Virus record (IMG/VR): IMGVR_UViG_3300039065_000016
Strand: one strand, 5' to 3'
Length of the DNA stretch: 64,000 bases
DNA from: a virus
The notes beneath the pieces were generated by a model. The model was not told where the DNA came from. It made no database searches and saw nothing but the letters and a program-made list of their open reading frames with translations. Both the position numbers and the translations under genes were made by a program. Below, in pieces: positions 60,059 through 64,000 of the stretch (positions are counted from its first letter, which is position 1; each line of letters opens with the position of its first letter).

Positions 60059-62953
60059 TTACGTCACTCGCTGGAAAAGGGTCGCGGAGTCAGGGGTGTT
60101 GGCGTCTCTGTTGACTACATATCCCATGCAGCGCCAAGTTCCGGCAGGTTTTTGACCGCTATTGTAGTTTGCGGCGCAAGACGAGTAGATGAGAATGGAA
60201 CCGTCCACTACCACTCCGGGTTGAACGGTTGCGATTGGAGCGGCATTATCCAGAACCGCGAAAATGCCATAGGAACCGACTCCGCCCAGACCGACCTGAA
60301 CCAACGCCTGGTTGATGTAGTTGTTGTAGTTCCCGGCGTGGATGACTGGGTAGGCGTTTGCCCCCAGGTTTCCACCACCTACTTTGAGAACGTTGTCGGT
60401 ATCCAAGCCGAAGTTGACGAAGATACTTCCACCACGCTCGAAAGTGACTGCGGCCGCTTGCCCTGAATGCGCGCCATTCTGTAGGTTGATGGCACCAACT
60501 CGACCGGACGAAGCGATGCCGCTACCAGTACCCGAAATGCGGTTGAAGATCATGTTGCCGTTGGTGGCGTTCGCGGCGTTCAAATCCACTTTCGTCGCCG
60601 GATCAAAGTTTCCGGATCGCCAGACGGTTTGGCCGTTCCAGGACGGCGCGGTCGGGTTGGACGCCCAAAGATTCATGATGTTGCTGGAATCGGCGATTTC
60701 CCTGGAGTTGTTGCCGAGCGATCCGCCGCCCCATTTCAGCTTGTTGTCGGTATCGATGCCGAAGAACGCGCCCCAGTTCCCAGGGCGAATAAACGCGATC
60801 ACAGCAGGCTTAGCAGATGGCCCAGTCGGCGAGTTATAAATCGTCAGGGGCGCCTGGGAATAGTCGGACAGAGACGCGATTGGTGCAAACGGCAGGGTTC
60901 CGCTGAATATCGCAGTGCTGCTAGTCTCCTGCGTGCCGGCTTTGATGGTTAGCTTTGTGTTCGGGTTGAAGTTCCATTCACCCCAGAACCATTGACCTCC
61001 CCAAACAGGAGCGCCAGACATTCCATTGACGTGATTCCGAATATTCGACTCGTCAGTGACCACATAGGAGTTATTGCCGAGCGACCAGCCTGCTCGCTTC
61101 AATTGGCCGTCCTTGTCCATTCCCAAATACCAGCCGGTTTGGGAGTTGTCGAAGTAGATGGCCGCAGGCTCGCCACCCCCTCTACCGAAGATTTGAAGAG
61201 CTGCGTTTCCATACGATGCAGTTGTGGAGCTGGAGCCCCAGGTGTTCATATTTCCGGTATTGCTGGTGGTATTACGAATTCCGGTCGGCCCCGAAATATT
61301 GTTGGTAGTACCGACAGTGAGCTTGGTGGCCGGATCAAAGTTTCCGGAGTCCCACGGAACATATTGTCCAGCAAACAGAGGGCGATTGTTGAATATGACG
61401 TTCGTGGACGCCCAGTCCCATCGCATGACCTGCGAGCGATAAGAGCCGTCCGGGTTGGTGGTATTGACTGCGATAACCGCGTTGTTGTTGGCGTCCACAC
61501 CTTGTGCGAAGGTGAATTTCCAACCGGGCTGATCGGCAGTTGTGTTCTGCCAAAGGGGGCCAGAGTTCGCGATGTACGCGAGGTTTTTCGCAACATCCAG
61601 TCGCGGCTGGAGGAATGTAACATTCGACCTGCTGAACAGGATATCCTGGGTAGGACCAGCGGACCCCTGGCGAGAATAGAACGCCATCGACCCATCAGCT
61701 TCAGAGATAAAGCGATAGTCGAAGTCTTTGGCGCGGTTGTTGTTGAAGTGGAAATCGATGAAAGGACGAGCGTCAGACAACTCCAGATTGGCGAACCACG
61801 GTGTGGTGTCTTGGATGGCGACGTTCGGCTTGTTGACGACGTCAGCCCAGTCCACTTCAGTCAACTTTTGGGACGCGACATAGTCCTTAACCTGTTTCCA
61901 GCTGGGAGCCTGATAATCTTGATCGGCGTTGCCTACTTGGATGCGCGGCGCGCCTGCGAGAATCCTCCAACGGTCGCCGGTGGCGTCGAATACAAGCTCA
62001 GCAATGAGTCCTTGACCGAGTTCTCCACCAGTCAACGGGAAGTTTGCCGCGCCGACGATGGCCTTGGCGCCAAATCCGGAGACGTTGATGGTGGAGGCGC
62101 CGGTGTTAACGGTGTTGAACTTGACCCGAAGGATCATGCCGTCCACCAGGCCGCCTTGGAGCTGCGGAACGAGCGTCAACGTGTAAGCGTTCGCCGAGCC
62201 AGCCGCGACCCCATAGGTCACACGGCCTTGTTGGAGGGCCATGACATTTACTGCGTACATCCAGTTGGTCCAGGCCCCGGCATTAAGCCCGCGCACAGCG
62301 ACGTTCCCGACGCGGTCAGTGTAGCGTTGAACGCAGAATGTATTGGACCCGGATATCCAGGATTTCGCCTCCAACATTCCAGCTGCTGCACCAGCCGAAG
62401 CGGGATATACGGGGGCGTTCTGAGAAGCGACGACCACTGAATCAGAGAAGAACTCCCACGTCCCATTCAACAGGTCATTGAAGTTGCGGCCGGTCGTGAT
62501 GACTTCTCCGCCAGAAGATAGGCCTGGGCCTCCAGCTGGCATCGGTATGTTGGAGCGCATCACCGACCATGCGGGTTGTTCTTCCCAAGTCGTGCTGCTG
62601 AGAGGGTCGCTCGCATTGGCATTCACCATGGAACGATAACGCCGCATTATGCCGTCATTGCCGACTCGCACGACTTCTGCATTCTGTTCGTAGCCGCCAG
62701 GCATGCCCTGAAACCACGGCGGCGCCATTTGCCGCTGCCAAGCCTGTGCGTTCTGGGTCGCGATGAAGAAGAGTTGGTTTTGAATTTTCCGCTCGACCGC
62801 TTTGGCCTGCGGGTTGTTCGACGCCAGACTGATTTCGTAGTCCGGCGTGTAGCCGTCGCGAAGGTTGGCAAAGCCAGTGGAAGAGGTCTGCGGGATCGGG
62901 TCTTTGTCGCCCTGCGCAGCAAACGGACTGGGTATCAGTTCGGGTGTGATCAC
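60059..62953 (-). CDS. tail fibre protein
   Basis: 964 aa, G/S/N/T-rich, with three internal ~120-aa repeat modules in the C-terminal half. Confidence 0.75.
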   Translation of the reverse strand: MITPELIPSPFAAQGDKDPIPQTSSTGFANLRDGYTPDYEISLASNNPQAKAVERKIQNQLFFIATQNAQAWQRQMAPPWFQGMPGGYEQNAEVVRVGNDGIMRRYRSMVNANASDPLSSTTWEEQPAWSVMRSNIPMPAGGPGLSSGGEVITTGRNFNDLLNGTWEFFSDSVVVASQNAPVYPASAGAAAGMLEAKSWISGSNTFCVQRYTDRVGNVAVRGLNAGAWTNWMYAVNVMALQQGRVTYGVAAGSANAYTLTLVPQLQGGLVDGMILRVKFNTVNTGASTINVSGFGAKAIVGAANFPLTGGELGQGLIAELVFDATGDRWRILAGAPRIQVGNADQDYQAPSWKQVKDYVASQKLTEVDWADVVNKPNVAIQDTTPWFANLELSDARPFIDFHFNNNRAKDFDYRFISEADGSMAFYSRQGSAGPTQDILFSRSNVTFLQPRLDVAKNLAYIANSGPLWQNTTADQPGWKFTFAQGVDANNNAVIAVNTTNPDGSYRSQVMRWDWASTNVIFNNRPLFAGQYVPWDSGNFDPATKLTVGTTNNISGPTGIRNTTSNTGNMNTWGSSSTTASYGNAALQIFGRGGGEPAAIYFDNSQTGWYLGMDKDGQLKRAGWSLGNNSYVVTDESNIRNHVNGMSGAPVWGGQWFWGEWNFNPNTKLTIKAGTQETSSTAIFSGTLPFAPIASLSDYSQAPLTIYNSPTGPSAKPAVIAFIRPGNWGAFFGIDTDNKLKWGGGSLGNNSREIADSSNIMNLWASNPTAPSWNGQTVWRSGNFDPATKVDLNAANATNGNMIFNRISGTGSGIASSGRVGAINLQNGAHSGQAAAVTFERGGSIFVNFGLDTDNVLKVGGGNLGANAYPVIHAGNYNNYINQALVQVGLGGVGSYGIFAVLDNAAPIATVQPGVVVDGSILIYSSCAANYNSGQKPAGTWRCMGYVVNRDANTPDSATLFQRVT

Positions 62954-62957
62954 GTCA

Positions 62958-63962
62958 TTACTCCTGAATGACTTTTACATCGCAACCGGCGCAAGTCGGC
63001 ATGATACCGACCGCCCGGTCATTCATGAGGTTGATCAATTGCGGCGACAAATTAAGCGCCGGACCAACTCTGTATTCTAGCTTGAACGCCCCACTAGTGG
63101 GTAGGCCGATGTATGCAGGGCTGGACAGATTGAATGTATCTTGAGTCCCATCCCCTACTGCGAATCTGGCCGGCTCGGTCGCAGACCCACCTTTCCAGTC
63201 TCCAGTCCAATACGCTTCTACTCCGGTCGGAAGAGGCTGTGTGAACTTGACCGTTCCGGTCTGGGCGCTCTGCAGAACGTAATCGGTGATGGTTACGGGC
63301 GTTCCGGTAGTCTCCAAGTATCCGGTTGGAGTATCACCCAGTTCGATCTGAGCGCCCCAGATAAGCACATCAATCGCCGCGCTGGAATTCGAATCAATCC
63401 AGCTGAAGTTGGTTTCTGCCGGAGCGATGTAAGCCGCGCGGAACGAAGAGCTGACGGTCTTGGTCGTGAGAACGCAACGCCACCAGCCATTCTCCAGACG
63501 AATCATTCGGGCGCTTACCACGCTGCTGTCCAACATCTGATCGCTGATCACGTGCCCGGAATCCAGGTCGAAAACGGCATCGGCTCGACTGGGGAAATCG
63601 GCAGCCGACTGAATTGCAATGAAACGGGTGGAGCCGGCTTTCGCGAAGAACGAGAACGTTACAGTGCTACCGGACCCCAGCGGCCCATCTATCGGCGCGG
63701 AGACGTAAGCGGTACTCCCGGCCGGCTTAGTAAGCTTGCACACCGTAGCGGAGCCGTCCGGGGCCGTAGCGGACGCCGTTTCGACCGTTACCGGAAGACC
63801 GCTCGCGGCCGGATCGACTCCCGGCCAATCGGCGTCGCTGGCAGGGGTCGATGTCAGCACATGGTTCGTTCTGGGCGAACTGGACAACAGCACCATACCT
63901 TCCCAATCTTTCCGATATATGGCCAAGTTCTCCACAGGGCCATCCTCGCCGGTTGAGTCCAT
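62958..63962 (-). CDS. baseplate/tail-fibre-associated protein with jelly-roll-like domain (start uncertain)
   Basis: 334 aa from the ATG at 63962. The same frame stays open upstream to the window edge (…PWDEATGLYFYL-M…), so the gene may be truncated by the window. Confidence 0.55.
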   Translation of the reverse strand: MDSTGEDGPVENLAIYRKDWEGMVLLSSSPRTNHVLTSTPASDADWPGVDPAASGLPVTVETASATAPDGSATVCKLTKPAGSTAYVSAPIDGPLGSGSTVTFSFFAKAGSTRFIAIQSAADFPSRADAVFDLDSGHVISDQMLDSSVVSARMIRLENGWWRCVLTTKTVSSSFRAAYIAPAETNFSWIDSNSSAAIDVLIWGAQIELGDTPTGYLETTGTPVTITDYVLQSAQTGTVKFTQPLPTGVEAYWTGDWKGGSATEPARFAVGDGTQDTFNLSSPAYIGLPTSGAFKLEYRVGPALNLSPQLINLMNDRAVGIMPTCAGCDVKVIQE

Positions 63963-64000
63963 GAGATAGAAGTACAGACCGGTCGCCTCGTCCCACGGCT

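Noticed and set aside
60992-62440. 482-aa plus-strand ORF opposite the tail fibre gene
   Set aside because: Antisense artefact. The fibre frame has the repeat architecture and operon context.
63727-63996. 89-aa minus-strand ORF at the right edge
   Set aside because: It overlaps the better-supported 62958-63962 frame, and its translation is R/G-rich and artefact-like.

Overview
This 64-kb window is almost the whole genome of a virulent, GC-rich (about 55% by eye), contractile-tailed dsDNA phage. I call about 90 protein genes. I recognised no rRNA, tRNA, CRISPR array, integrase, repressor or phage RNA polymerase.

Module layout:
- 17-19748 (-): portal, head, neck, sheath/tube, tape measure and baseplate spike.
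- 19.9-26.3 kb and 27.9-34.4 kb (+): two blocks of small early or accessory ORFs. They are interrupted by a lone large terminase gene (26309-27754, -) and followed by a lone putative small terminase gene (34545-35123, -).
- 36.1-41.5 kb (-): replication genes (VirE-type ATPase, AEP prim-pol).
- 41.7-58.4 kb (+): SF1 helicase, ThyX-like enzyme, HAD/DUF1599-like fusion, DnaQ-like exonuclease, DnaE-type polymerase, VRR-NUC nuclease, SNF2 helicase, SSB-like protein, holin-like protein, MazG, ATP-dependent ligase.
- 59.0-64.0 kb (-): GH19 endolysin, tail-fibre chaperone, 964-aa tail fibre, and a baseplate/fibre gene that is open to the window edge.

From memory, the gene content and size fit PB1-like (Pbunavirus) Pseudomonas myoviruses. 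I could not check this by search.

Most interesting observations:
1. Two diverged copies of a 360-410 bp non-coding module sit at 15.86-16.25 kb and 35.45-35.86 kb. Each has inverted repeats around an AT-rich core with AAWTTACC iteron-like repeats and eight collinear conserved blocks. The second copy lies inside a 970-bp gene-free region with mirror-image GT/CA strand skew.
2. A family of at least 12 sigma70-type promoters (GCTTTACT-N17/18-TAnnnT) shares a conserved first-transcribed sequence (CATCGAAACGCGAAAC) and ribosome-binding context (CCAAAACAGAGGA). These promoters partition the early region into cassettes.
3. The 11-15-nt motif (ACA)ACCGTTCGTCG(G) occurs only in four intergenic sites.
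4. The portal gene carries a C-terminal inorganic-pyrophosphatase-like domain.
5. A nucleotide-metabolism cluster contains a ThyX with a divergent signature motif.

All functional calls come from motif recall and gene order. No database search was possible.
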